A DNA stretch of 64,000 nucleotides from Brevinematia bacterium (GTDB lineage Bacteria > Spirochaetota > Brevinematia > Brevinematales > JAOACQ01): the NCBI GenBank assembly GCA_049968515.1, contig JBMFQR010000004.1, forward strand, positions 6,145 through 70,144. The letters run 5' to 3'. The notes under the pieces are model-generated. The model ran no database searches. It had not been told where the DNA came from and was given only the letters and a program-made list of their open reading frames with translations. The first letter of the stretch is position 1. The number at the start of each line of letters is the position of its first letter. Below are positions 9,147-17,683 of this stretch, piece after piece. A program made the position numbers and the translations under genes.

Positions 9147-10409
9147 ATGAAATGGAGAGTTGTCAAGGTGCTTACCTTGCTATTTGTACTGGTAGCTTTC
9201 TTTGACTGCGGTGCAAAGAAAGGTGGTGAGGTTGAGGTGCTTCACTGGTGGACAAGTGGAGGTGAAGCTGCATCTGTAAAGGTTCTAAAAGAGCTTCTTG
9301 AGAAAGAAGGGTTTGGTTGGAAGGATTTTGCAGTGGCCGGTGGTGGTGGTGATACTGCAATGACAGTGCTTAAATCGAGAGCGGCTGCTGGCAATCCACC
9401 TACTGCAGCACAGGTAAAGGGCCCACAGATTCAGCTCTGGGCACAGGAGGGATTTTTGGAGAATATGGATGAGGTGGCTCAAGCAGAAAAGTGGGATGAA
9501 CTTATTCCAAAGGTTATTGCTGACATAATGAAGTATCAGGGCCATTATGTTGCTGTGCCGGTAAATGTACACAGAATCAACTGGATGTGGGTAAATCCTG
9601 AAGTTTTCAAGAAAGCTGGTGCAACGATTCCAAAAACATGGGCAGAGTTTGAAGAAGCCGCAAAGAAGATTCAAAAGGCTGGTTTAATTCCACTTGCCTG
9701 GGGTGGTCAACCATGGCAGGAAGCCACTGTATTTGAAACAATAGTTGCTGGTGTTGGTGGCACAGAATTTTACAAAAAGACTATGGTAGAGGCTGACCCT
9801 GCTGCAATAAACAGCCCTACAATGATTAAGTGTCTTGAGACATTTAAGATGTTAAAGAAGTACATTGACAAAGGAGCTCCTGGAAGAGACTGGAATCTTG
9901 CTACTTCTATGGTTATAAAGGGTGAGGCTGCAATGCAGTTTATGGGTGACTGGGCAAAGGGAGAATTTACTGCTGCTGGCAAAAAGCCCGGTGTGGATTA
10001 TGAAGCTCTTCCTGCTCCCCAGACTGAAAAACAATTCCTCTTCAATGTTGATAGCTTTATTATGTTTAAGGTAAAGGATCCAAAGAACAAAGAGGCTCAG
10101 AAGGCAATGGCAAGATTGATACTTCAGCCAAAGTTCCAGGAAGTTTTCAATGTTAATAAGGGTTCTATACCTGTAAGGGTTGGAATGCCAGAGGATCCAT
10201 TCGATGCAGTTGCCAGAAGGTCTATGAAGGACTTTGTGAATAGTGCAAAGACAGGGGATCTTGTTCCAAGTATGGCTCATGAAATGGCTGTAATGCCAGC
10301 TGTTAGAGGTGCTATTGTTGATGCTGTTACAGCTTTCTTTAACTCTGATATGTCAGCAAAAGAGGCAGCACAGAAGATGGCAGATGCAGTAAAAGCAGCG
10401 AAGCAATAG
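9147..10409 (+). CDS. Sugar ABC transporter substrate-binding protein (family 1, GtsA-like glucose/mannose type)
   Basis: Signal peptide with Cys (FFDCGAKK). 'VLHWWTSGGEAASVKVLKELL...GWKDFAVAGGGGDTAMTVLKSRAAAGNPPTAAQVKG' closely follows the GtsA-type binding-protein N-terminal signature. AGGAGGAGG RBS. Confidence 0.85.
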   Translation: MKWRVVKVLTLLFVLVAFFDCGAKKGGEVEVLHWWTSGGEAASVKVLKELLEKEGFGWKDFAVAGGGGDTAMTVLKSRAAAGNPPTAAQVKGPQIQLWAQEGFLENMDEVAQAEKWDELIPKVIADIMKYQGHYVAVPVNVHRINWMWVNPEVFKKAGATIPKTWAEFEEAAKKIQKAGLIPLAWGGQPWQEATVFETIVAGVGGTEFYKKTMVEADPAAINSPTMIKCLETFKMLKKYIDKGAPGRDWNLATSMVIKGEAAMQFMGDWAKGEFTAAGKKPGVDYEALPAPQTEKQFLFNVDSFIMFKVKDPKNKEAQKAMARLILQPKFQEVFNVNKGSIPVRVGMPEDPFDAVARRSMKDFVNSAKTGDLVPSMAHEMAVMPAVRGAIVDAVTAFFNSDMSAKEAAQKMADAVKAAKQ

Positions 10410-10417
10410 AATTTTTA

Positions 10418-10450
10418 AGGGTTGCCCGATTTTATGGGCAACCCTGTTTT
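10418..10450 (+). terminator. Intra-operon hairpin after the binding-protein gene (partial terminator / mRNA stabiliser)
   Basis: AGGGTTGCCC (10418-10427), 8-nt loop, GGGCAACCCT (10436-10445), followed by GTTTTAATTTTT. Confidence 0.5.
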
Positions 10451-10473
10451 AATTTTTATTTCAGGAGTTTAAA

Positions 10474-11397
10474 ATGTCAGTAAAAGCAGAGGCGAAGGAA
10501 GTGAAAGCTAAAATTTTCAAGAAGGGACATACTTCTAAAGGGATTTCAAACTGGTTGCCAAAGCTTCTTGTCAGTCCTTCTTTTGTTGCAATGGTGGTAT
10601 TTATTTATGGGTTCATATTTTGGACAATATGGATATCTTTTACAGATTCAAAGCTGATGCCAAATTATAAATTTGTGGGTCTTTCAAACTATATTACTCT
10701 TTTTAAAGAGCCGAGATGGTGGGTGGCGTTTAAGAATCTTTTTATCTTTACATCTCTTTTTGTGCTTTTGTGTATTATTTTTGGGCTTATACTTGCTATC
10801 TTACTTGATCAAAAGATAAAAGGGGAGGGGGTTTTTCTAACAATCTATCTCTGTCCGATGGCTATATCTTTGATAGTTACAGGTGTTGCATGGAAGTGGA
10901 TATTGAATCCAGAACTCGGTATTGAGAGGCTTGTTCAACAACTTGGCTTTGCAGAGTTTCAGTTCCGGTGGCTTGTTGACTCAAACTTTGCAATATATAC
11001 TGTTGTTATGGCAGCAGTCTGGCAATCTACAGGTTATGCAATGGCACTTTTTCTTGCAGGATTGAGGGGTATAGATAACTCTCTGATTGAAGCGGCGAAG
11101 GTAGATGGTGCAAATATGTTCCAGATTTATACGAGGGTTATTATTCCTTGTTTGAGGCCAGTATTTTTAAGTTGCGTGGTTATACTTTCTCATATTGCTA
11201 TTAAAACTTTCGACCTTGTTATGGCATTGACAAAGGGTGGACCGGGGTATGCTACGGATGTCCCGGCTACTTTTATGTACTCCTTTGCGTTTAATAGGGG
11301 CAGGCTTGCTATTGGTGCAGCGAGTGCTGTGATAATGTTTGTAATTGTTATTTCCTTTATAGTTCCATACTTATATATCGAAAGGGAAGGGAGGTAA
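10474..11397 (+). CDS. Sugar ABC transporter permease (MalF/GtsB-like)
   Basis: 307 aa with multiple TM segments. The EAA-loop region 'LIEAAKVDGANMFQIYTRVIIP' is typical of CUT1 permeases. Confidence 0.85.
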   Translation: MSVKAEAKEVKAKIFKKGHTSKGISNWLPKLLVSPSFVAMVVFIYGFIFWTIWISFTDSKLMPNYKFVGLSNYITLFKEPRWWVAFKNLFIFTSLFVLLCIIFGLILAILLDQKIKGEGVFLTIYLCPMAISLIVTGVAWKWILNPELGIERLVQQLGFAEFQFRWLVDSNFAIYTVVMAAVWQSTGYAMALFLAGLRGIDNSLIEAAKVDGANMFQIYTRVIIPCLRPVFLSCVVILSHIAIKTFDLVMALTKGGPGYATDVPATFMYSFAFNRGRLAIGAASAVIMFVIVISFIVPYLYIEREGR

Positions 11398-11401
11398 TCC
11401 A

Positions 11402-12295
11402 ATGAGTGAAAGAAATCCAAATATAAACAAATGTGAAAAATCCAATGTTATTTTTAGCAAAATAGTACTTTATATTATCCTTACAATTGTTGCGATCTAT
11501 TTTTTGATTCCATTCTTTGTGATGTTTTTGACATCAATAAAGACGATGAATGATATTCGGACGGGTACACTTATCTCCTGGCCGAGAGAGTTTTCTCTCG
11601 AAGCTTGGATTAAGGCATGGAGTACGGCAAACATAGGTGCTGGTGGAGCTGGAATGAAAAGATATTTTCTTAATTCGATAATTATGGTTATACCTGCAGT
11701 GGCTATTTCCACAATTATTGGTGCAATAAATGGGTATATCTTTTCAAAGTGGAGGTTTAAGGGTAGTGAAGTCTTCTTTTCTCTTTTAATGCTTGGTTGT
11801 TTTATACCATTTCAGGTAATATTGTTGCCAATGTCGAGAACTCTTGGACTTCTGGGTTTAGGGCAGAGCATTCAGGGTCTCGTACTTGTACATGTTGTTT
11901 ATGGGATACCTTTTACTACATTGTTTTTCAGGAATTTCTATGTATCTTTTCCCACCGAGCTTATAGAGGTGGCAAAGGTGGATGGAGCTGGATTTTTTAA
12001 GATATGGGTTGAAATTATACTTCCACTTTCTGCACCTGTTTTCGCTGTTACAGTGATATGGCAGTTTACACAGATATGGAATGACTTTCTCTTTGGTGTC
12101 TGTTTTTCAGGCAGTGGCAGTCAGCCAGTCACAGTTGCTTTGAATAATTTAGTTAATACAAGCACCGGGGTAAAAGAGTACAATGTTGATATGGCGGCAG
12201 CAATAATAGCTGGACTTCCTACACTTCTTGTGTATTTTCTTTCCGGTAAATACTTTGTTAGAGGACTTACAGCCGGAGCACTGTCCGGTACATAG
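11402..12295 (+). CDS. Sugar ABC transporter permease (MalG/GtsC-like)
   Basis: 297 aa. EAA loop 'LIEVAKVDGAGFFKIWVEIILP'. Starts 4 nt after the previous stop. Confidence 0.85.
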   Translation: MSERNPNINKCEKSNVIFSKIVLYIILTIVAIYFLIPFFVMFLTSIKTMNDIRTGTLISWPREFSLEAWIKAWSTANIGAGGAGMKRYFLNSIIMVIPAVAISTIIGAINGYIFSKWRFKGSEVFFSLLMLGCFIPFQVILLPMSRTLGLLGLGQSIQGLVLVHVVYGIPFTTLFFRNFYVSFPTELIEVAKVDGAGFFKIWVEIILPLSAPVFAVTVIWQFTQIWNDFLFGVCFSGSGSQPVTVALNNLVNTSTGVKEYNVDMAAAIIAGLPTLLVYFLSGKYFVRGLTAGALSGT

Positions 12296-12304
12296 AGCAA
12301 AAAA

Positions 12305-12339
12305 AGTGTGCGGGTTATAGCCTGCACACTTTTTCTTTT
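12305..12339 (+). terminator. Rho-independent terminator of the sugar ABC operon
   Basis: AGTGTGCGGG (12305-12314), loop TTATAG, CCTGCACACT (12321-12330) with one G-U pair, then TTTTTCTTTT. Confidence 0.7.
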
Positions 12340-12355
12340 AAATCAGGTCAATCTG

Positions 12356-12384
12356 TTGAATAATTTTAAAAAATATCTTAAAAT
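12356..12384 (+). promoter_or_regulatory. Sigma70-type promoter candidate for mreBCD
   Basis: TTGAAT (12356-12361), 17 nt, TAAAAT (12379-12384). ATG of mreB at 12421. Confidence 0.4.
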
Positions 12385-12420
12385 AATTGGGTAAGTTTTA
12401 GTGAGAAAGGGGAAAATAGT

Positions 12421-13449
12421 ATGAGTATTTTTACTGCCATAAGAGATGCTTTTATCAATGATCTGGCAATTGATTTAGGTACTGCCAATACATTGATATA
12501 TGTTAGAGGGAAAGGAATAGTTCTCTCAGAGCCCTCTGTTGTTGCCATACAGACTGGTACCGGTAAAGTTATGGCTGTCGGCAGAGAAGCAAAAAATATG
12601 CTTGGTAAGACGCCGGGCGATATTGTGGCGATAAGACCAATGAGAGAGGGTGTTATTGCTGATTTTGAGGTTGTTGGCAAAATGCTGAAATATTTTATCA
12701 GCAAGAGCCAGACCGGTAGGAAGCTTGTCCATCCGAGAGTTGTGATCGGAGTACCCACCGGCGTTACCGAGGTTGAAAAGCGAGCTGTCAAAGAGTCAGT
12801 TGAGCAAGCAGGTGCTACAAAAAGCTATCTTATAGAAGCACCAAAAGCTGCAGCTTTAGGCGCCAACATTCCCATAGAAGAGCCAGTAGGTCATATGATA
12901 ATAGATATAGGAGGTGGGACGACAGAGGTTGCAGTGCTTTCTCTCGGAGGCATTGTTATATCAAACTCTATAAGAGTGGGAGGAGATAAATTTGATGAGG
13001 CAATAATGGCACATCTCAAAAAATATCACAACCTTGTCATTGGTGAAAGGACGGCGGAAGAATTAAAGATAAAGATTGGAAGTGCATATCCTCTCAAGAC
13101 AGTTGAAACAATGGAGATAAAGGGAAGGGATGCAATAAGTGGCTTGCCGAGGGTTTTAAAGATAGATAGTGTTGAGGTGAGAGAGGCATTACAAGAGACT
13201 GTTAATAAGGTTCTTGAAGCTGTGAGGCAAACTTTAGATCAGACACCACCGGAGCTTGCCTCTGATATAATAGAAAGGGGTATTGTAATGGCTGGTGGTG
13301 GGTCACTCTTAAGAGGGTTATCCAAGTTTATTTCCAAAAACACTGGTGTTCCTGTTTTTCTTGCTGAAAATCCACTTACATGTGATGTACTCGGGGCTGG
13401 TAAATTTCTTGAGCAGATAAGAAAGTATGAAAGTCAGTATGTAGAGTAG
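12421..13449 (+). CDS. mreB: Rod-shape-determining actin homologue MreB
   Basis: '[29 protein letters not shown]', '[21 protein letters not shown]' and '[14 protein letters not shown]' are the actin-fold phosphate/adenosine motifs of MreB. Confidence 0.92.
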   Translation: MSIFTAIRDAFINDLAIDLGTANTLIYVRGKGIVLSEPSVVAIQTGTGKVMAVGREAKNMLGKTPGDIVAIRPMREGVIADFEVVGKMLKYFISKSQTGRKLVHPRVVIGVPTGVTEVEKRAVKESVEQAGATKSYLIEAPKAAALGANIPIEEPVGHMIIDIGGGTTEVAVLSLGGIVISNSIRVGGDKFDEAIMAHLKKYHNLVIGERTAEELKIKIGSAYPLKTVETMEIKGRDAISGLPRVLKIDSVEVREALQETVNKVLEAVRQTLDQTPPELASDIIERGIVMAGGGSLLRGLSKFISKNTGVPVFLAENPLTCDVLGAGKFLEQIRKYESQYVE

Positions 13450-13463
13450 GGTCATTTTAATAT

Positions 13464-14342
13464 ATGCAATTTTTGTATTTTTACAGGAACAAAAAGATAT
13501 TTACATTAGTTATTTTGCTTTTTATTTCTTTTGGTCTTATGTTTCTTAATATAAGGGTTCCTGTCGTTCAATTCAGAAGGGTACTTTTCTTTATTTCATA
13601 TCCTTTTGAACTTCTGTTTAACTGGGCTGGAAGCACCACAGTAAAGTTTTTTACCTCATTCAGGAAGGTTGAGGAGCTTGAGAAGGAGCTGTCGATTACA
13701 AAGGAAAGACTTATAAAATATCAGGAACTTCTTTTGATGTTTCAACAGCTTGTGAAAGAGAATGAGGAACTGAAGAAGTTACTTGAGATTCGGAAAACCA
13801 TCCCATTCAAAACATTTTATGCCAGAATTACTTTCCGGGATCCATCATTTTTGAATCAGATTTTTGTTATTGATAAAGGTGCAAAGGATGGGATTAAGGC
13901 AAATATGTGTGTTGTTTCCTACAATGAGAATGGAGAGATTTTTCTGGTTGGCAAGGTTATAGAGACCTCTCTTTTTTCCTCCAAGGTGAAGGTTTTGAAT
14001 GCCTCAGATTTTTATATAGGTGTGACTTTTGAGAAAAATAGATATATTGGAATTATGAAGGGGGGTGGTATCTTTCAGAATTGTGTTGTCAACTATATTC
14101 CCGTCGATGCTCAGATTGATATTGGCGAAAATGTATTGACAAGTGGAGAGAGTGAGATTTTTCCGGGTAATATAAAGATAGGGAAGGTTGTTGCATTTGG
14201 AAGTTCTGTGAGAGATAAGTTTTTCAAGAAGGTTTATGTGAGGCCTGAGCTTGTTTACTCAAAGATAAGGGATGTTTTTGTTATTCTGGAATCCCCGGCT
14301 GAAAAAAATCTTGATGATAAAGTAGAGAAAAATGAAGAATGA
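13464..14342 (+). CDS. mreC: Rod-shape-determining protein MreC
   Basis: Position immediately after mreB. N-terminal TM, a coiled coil (LEKELSITKERLIKYQELL...ENEELKKLLE), then a beta-rich domain ending 'SGESEIFPGNIKIGKV', typical of MreC. Confidence 0.8.
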   Translation: MQFLYFYRNKKIFTLVILLFISFGLMFLNIRVPVVQFRRVLFFISYPFELLFNWAGSTTVKFFTSFRKVEELEKELSITKERLIKYQELLLMFQQLVKENEELKKLLEIRKTIPFKTFYARITFRDPSFLNQIFVIDKGAKDGIKANMCVVSYNENGEIFLVGKVIETSLFSSKVKVLNASDFYIGVTFEKNRYIGIMKGGGIFQNCVVNYIPVDAQIDIGENVLTSGESEIFPGNIKIGKVVAFGSSVRDKFFKKVYVRPELVYSKIRDVFVILESPAEKNLDDKVEKNEE

Positions 14343-14829
14343 AATCTGGTTTTATGTAAAATACGGAATTTTGATTGTTCTTTTATTATCAATTCAATCG
14401 ACTTCTTTTCTTTCTATTTTTGATATTGCACCTGATTTGATTTTAATTTTAACACTTATACACAATCTTTACTTTGGTGGATATAAGGGAATGTTTTTTG
14501 GCTTTTTTATGGGTATTGCTGTGGATAGTATGTCTGGAATTCCTCTCGGACTTAATTCTTTTGTGCTTACCTTTATAAGCTGGTTTCTTGATTTTTACAG
14601 AAAGTATATATTTGTCTCTGATATTTTTTCTTTTTCGTTATTTATTATAATTGCTACAATTATGAAATATGCTCTTTATATATTGTTTTACTGGATCTTC
14701 AGGATTGAAATCTTGGGCTGGTATCTACTTCTCAAGTTAGCTGGAGAGATTTTCTATAATGTGATAATTGGTATACCTATGTTTTTTTTATTACCTTACA
14801 TTTTCAGAAAAAGAAGCACCCTGATCTAA
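14332..14829 (+). CDS. mreD: Rod-shape-determining protein MreD
   Basis: 165-aa polytopic membrane protein overlapping the mreC stop by 11 nt. Conserved mreBCD order. Confidence 0.7.
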   Translation: MKNEIWFYVKYGILIVLLLSIQSTSFLSIFDIAPDLILILTLIHNLYFGGYKGMFFGFFMGIAVDSMSGIPLGLNSFVLTFISWFLDFYRKYIFVSDIFSFSLFIIIATIMKYALYILFYWIFRIEILGWYLLLKLAGEIFYNVIIGIPMFFLLPYIFRKRSTLI

Positions 14830-14905
14830 AAAATTATTTTTTGTTTAAAAATTGAAAAATAGTTATTTTGGGTGTAAATTTATATTGTGGTTAATGGAGG
14901 TTTTT

Positions 14906-15562
14906 ATGAAATTTAATAAGATCTTTGCCTGCACATTACTTCTTATGGGGCTTTTTCTTTGCTTTTATGCTGAAACTACAAAGTTGATAAAATCAAAGAA
15001 TGACTTTGGCGGGAAAACATATGAAACTGTTTTTAAAGAAGGAGATAAGCTTTTTGAGCAGTTTAAAATAAATAAGGCAGTTACACATTACGACCAGAAT
15101 AATGAGATAATAATGGTGGAATATTATTTCACAAGAGAATTTGTTGCAAAGAAGAATTATGAGAAGAAGATAGAGTATTACGGGAAAAACAGAAAGGTCA
15201 ATAAGGCAGAGTATTTTTATACAAAAAAGTTTGCTGATGAGAAGGGTGTATATAAGGTAATAGACATAATTGATGCAACTGGTGAGGTTGTGCAGGTTTT
15301 ATTTTTCTATACCGATAAACATATAAGCAAGTATGGATTTGACAATGCAATAATGTATCTTGCAAAAGGATATATCACAAAGATAGAATACTATTACACC
15401 GATGACTTTGCAAAGAAGCATGGCTATAAGATGAGAGAAGATCAATACCTGTATGATTCCAATGGTAACAAAAAGGTTACGTTTTCTATCCTTTATGATG
15501 AAGAAAACAAGGAGGTTAAAAGGATAGAAAATCCCACCAATTTAATAGAGCCAGAGAGATAA
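14906..15562 (+). CDS. Secreted repeat protein (four '[EL][YF][YF][FY]T..[FH]...K.[GN][YVF]' units; MORN/YwqK-like)
   Basis: ORF 14852..15562. ATG at 14906 has GGAGG 7 nt upstream and gives a signal peptide, MKFNKIFACTLLLMGLFLCFYAE. Repeats: EYYFTREFVAKKNY, EYFYTKKFADEKGV, LFFYTDKHISKYGF, EYYYTDDFAKKHGY. Confidence 0.55.
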   Translation: MKFNKIFACTLLLMGLFLCFYAETTKLIKSKNDFGGKTYETVFKEGDKLFEQFKINKAVTHYDQNNEIIMVEYYFTREFVAKKNYEKKIEYYGKNRKVNKAEYFYTKKFADEKGVYKVIDIIDATGEVVQVLFFYTDKHISKYGFDNAIMYLAKGYITKIEYYYTDDFAKKHGYKMREDQYLYDSNGNKKVTFSILYDEENKEVKRIENPTNLIEPER

Positions 15563-15566
15563 TTTT

Positions 15567-15595
15567 TTGACTTTTCTGTAATTTTATTTCAAAAT
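15567..15595 (+). promoter_or_regulatory. Sigma70-type promoter candidate for hrb-fprA
   Basis: TTGACT (15567-15572), 17 nt, CAAAAT (15590-15595). This would give a ~140-nt 5' UTR. Confidence 0.35.
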
Positions 15596-15619
15596 AATTT
15601 TGCTGTTAGGTTAATGTTG

Positions 15620-15720
15620 GTTCTGTCCAGAAAGGCCAAATAGCGTAGCACCACTCTGCGAAGCCAGCTAAAAAGGCGGGATAGCATAGCGACAGACTGC
15701 TGAAGGGCGGTCTGGGATTT
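15620..15720 (+). promoter_or_regulatory. GC-rich structured leader / candidate cis-regulatory RNA with two tandem related modules
   Basis: Module 1 at 15634-15668 and module 2 at 15675-15710 share 23 of 35 hand-aligned positions (GGC...ATAGC.TAGC..CA..CTGC(T)GAAG). They are bracketed by CCAGA (15627-15631) and TCTGG (15711-15715). Composition is much more G+C-rich than the flanks. Confidence 0.35.
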
Positions 15721-15739
15721 ACAAATAAAGGGATGAATT

Positions 15740-16423
15740 ATGAAAGACCTCGAAACACTTTTTCTTATAAATTATGGCTTATATATAGCCTGTTCGGTGA
15801 ATAAAGAGGGCAAATTTAATGGTTTTATCGCAAATGCTTTAACTCAGGTGAATTCTGAGCCTCCGACTTTTGCCATTGTTGTAAACAAAAAAAATTTTAC
15901 CCATGAGTATATTAAGGAAAGCAATCTTTTTTCTGTGTCTATTCTCTCTATCAATACACCGCTTCCTTTCATAGGAAAGTTTGGCTTTAAGAGTGGCAGG
16001 GAAGTGAATAAATTTGAGAATGTTAATTTCAGAGTTGTCGAGAATGGTTTGCCAGTAATTATAGATTATACGATAGGTTATTTTACTTCAAAGGTTTTCA
16101 AAGAGGTGGATATGGGCACACATACCATCTTTGTTGGCAATTTGCTTGAAGCAGAAATATTGACTGATGAAGAACCTATGAGTTATATTTATTATAGAAA
16201 GGTTAAAAGGGGAGTTACTTCAAAGAATGCCCCCACTTATATAGAAAAGAAAATGGAGGTAAAAATGGAAAAATATGTCTGTAAGGTTTGTGGCTATGTG
16301 TATGATCCTGTTGTTGGAGACCCCGATTCTGGAATAAGTCCGGGTACTCCATTTGATAAATTACCTGATTCCTGGGTATGTCCTGTTTGTGGGGCTGGAA
16401 AGGATCAGTTTGAAAAGGAGTAA
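15740..16423 (+). CDS. High-molecular-weight rubredoxin (flavin reductase-like domain fused to C-terminal rubredoxin), Hrb-type
   Basis: N-terminal flavin_reduct-like domain. The C-terminal '[48 protein letters not shown]' is a canonical rubredoxin (CxxC...CPxCG). Confidence 0.8.
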   Translation: MKDLETLFLINYGLYIACSVNKEGKFNGFIANALTQVNSEPPTFAIVVNKKNFTHEYIKESNLFSVSILSINTPLPFIGKFGFKSGREVNKFENVNFRVVENGLPVIIDYTIGYFTSKVFKEVDMGTHTIFVGNLLEAEILTDEEPMSYIYYRKVKRGVTSKNAPTYIEKKMEVKMEKYVCKVCGYVYDPVVGDPDSGISPGTPFDKLPDSWVCPVCGAGKDQFEKE

Positions 16424-16437
16424 AAAAGGAGCGTTTT

Positions 16438-17631
16438 ATGGCTTACAGAGTGCTCGCTGAATATATATATGAGGTTGGTGCTATAGACTGGAACAGGCGT
16501 AGCTTTGATGAACTTGTTCCTCTTCATGAAGGTACAAGCTATAATGCATATCTCATAAAGGCTAATGAGAAGATAGTACTGATAGATACTGTAGATCCAA
16601 AAATGACTTCTGTTCTTTTAGATAATCTTGGTGAGCTTAAGATTGACAGGATTGATTATCTTGTGTCGAATCATGCAGAGCAGGATCATTCTGGAAGCAT
16701 TCCTGATATTTTAAAGCTTTATCCGATGGCAAAGGTGGTAACCAATCAAAAGTGTAAGCAATTTCTTATGGATCTTCTTCTCATTCCTGAAGAAAAGTTT
16801 ATTGTTGTGAATGATAATGAAAGATTATCTCTCGGAAATAAAACACTGAGATTTATTCTTTTTCCCTGGGTTCACTGGCCAGAAACGATGTTAACATATC
16901 TTGAAGAGGATAAAATACTTTTCTCGTGTGATCTTTTTGGTTCACATGTGGCTGATTCAAGGCTTTTTGCTAAAAAAGAAGATGAAATAATGGTTTATGA
17001 AGGTGCATTAAGATATTTTTCTGAAATAATGTATCCTTTTAGGGACAATATTCGAAATCAGTTTTCAAAGGTTGAGGAGCTTGAGATAAGATATATTGCA
17101 CCTTCTCATGGCAAGGTTTATGAAAATCCTTCCTTTATAATGCAATGTTATAAGGAGTGGATTTCACCTGATGTTAAAAACAGGGTGGTTATAGCTTATA
17201 ATTCAATGCACCACAGCACTGAGGCAATGGTTAATTATCTTGTTGGTGAGCTTACAGAGAGAGGGATTCCGGTAGTTCCATTTCACCTTTCTTTTACTGA
17301 TGTCGGAAAGCTCGCAATGGAGATTACGGATGCAGCGACTGTAATAGTCGGCACTCCTCAGGTTCTTGGCGGAATGCATCCCTCTGTGGCTTATGCTGTT
17401 TACTTTTACAATCTCTTAAGACCAAAGACAAAATTTGTCTCAATAATTGGTTCTTATGGCTGGGGTGGCAAAATGGTTGAGCAGATAGAGTCTATGCTTT
17501 ATAACCTTAAGGCTGAAATACTTCCGCCGGTTATTGCGAAGGGATATCCGAAAGCTGAAGATTTTAAAGCTTTAAGTGAGCTTGCTGATAAAATACTTGA
17601 AAAGCATAAGAGCATCGGGGTGATTAAATAA
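16438..17631 (+). CDS. fprA: Flavodiiron protein (FprA; O2/NO reductase), metallo-beta-lactamase-like plus flavodoxin-like domains
   Basis: 'YLVSNHAEQDHSGS' is the di-iron HxExDH motif. The C-terminal flavodoxin-like half is 'VVIAYNSMHHSTEAM'. Size is 397 aa. Confidence 0.85.
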   Translation: MAYRVLAEYIYEVGAIDWNRRSFDELVPLHEGTSYNAYLIKANEKIVLIDTVDPKMTSVLLDNLGELKIDRIDYLVSNHAEQDHSGSIPDILKLYPMAKVVTNQKCKQFLMDLLLIPEEKFIVVNDNERLSLGNKTLRFILFPWVHWPETMLTYLEEDKILFSCDLFGSHVADSRLFAKKEDEIMVYEGALRYFSEIMYPFRDNIRNQFSKVEELEIRYIAPSHGKVYENPSFIMQCYKEWISPDVKNRVVIAYNSMHHSTEAMVNYLVGELTERGIPVVPFHLSFTDVGKLAMEITDAATVIVGTPQVLGGMHPSVAYAVYFYNLLRPKTKFVSIIGSYGWGGKMVEQIESMLYNLKAEILPPVIAKGYPKAEDFKALSELADKILEKHKSIGVIK

Positions 17632-17683
17632 AATTTCATTCTGTTTTTAAAGTCTTTTCACCTTCTTAAAAGCTTGGTTTTTT

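Noticed and set aside
12378-12791. 137-aa minus-strand ORF
   Set aside because: It is entirely antisense to the highly conserved mreB 5' region, so it is a shadow ORF.
15620-15720. Assignment of the hrb-fprA leader to a known riboswitch class (glycine tandem, ykkC/guanidine-I, ZTP, c-di-GMP-I) or to SRP RNA
   Set aside because: Only short chance resemblances were seen (for example GGCGGGA, GCGAAGC). None of the invariant cores I remember for these classes is present. It is left as an unclassified candidate.
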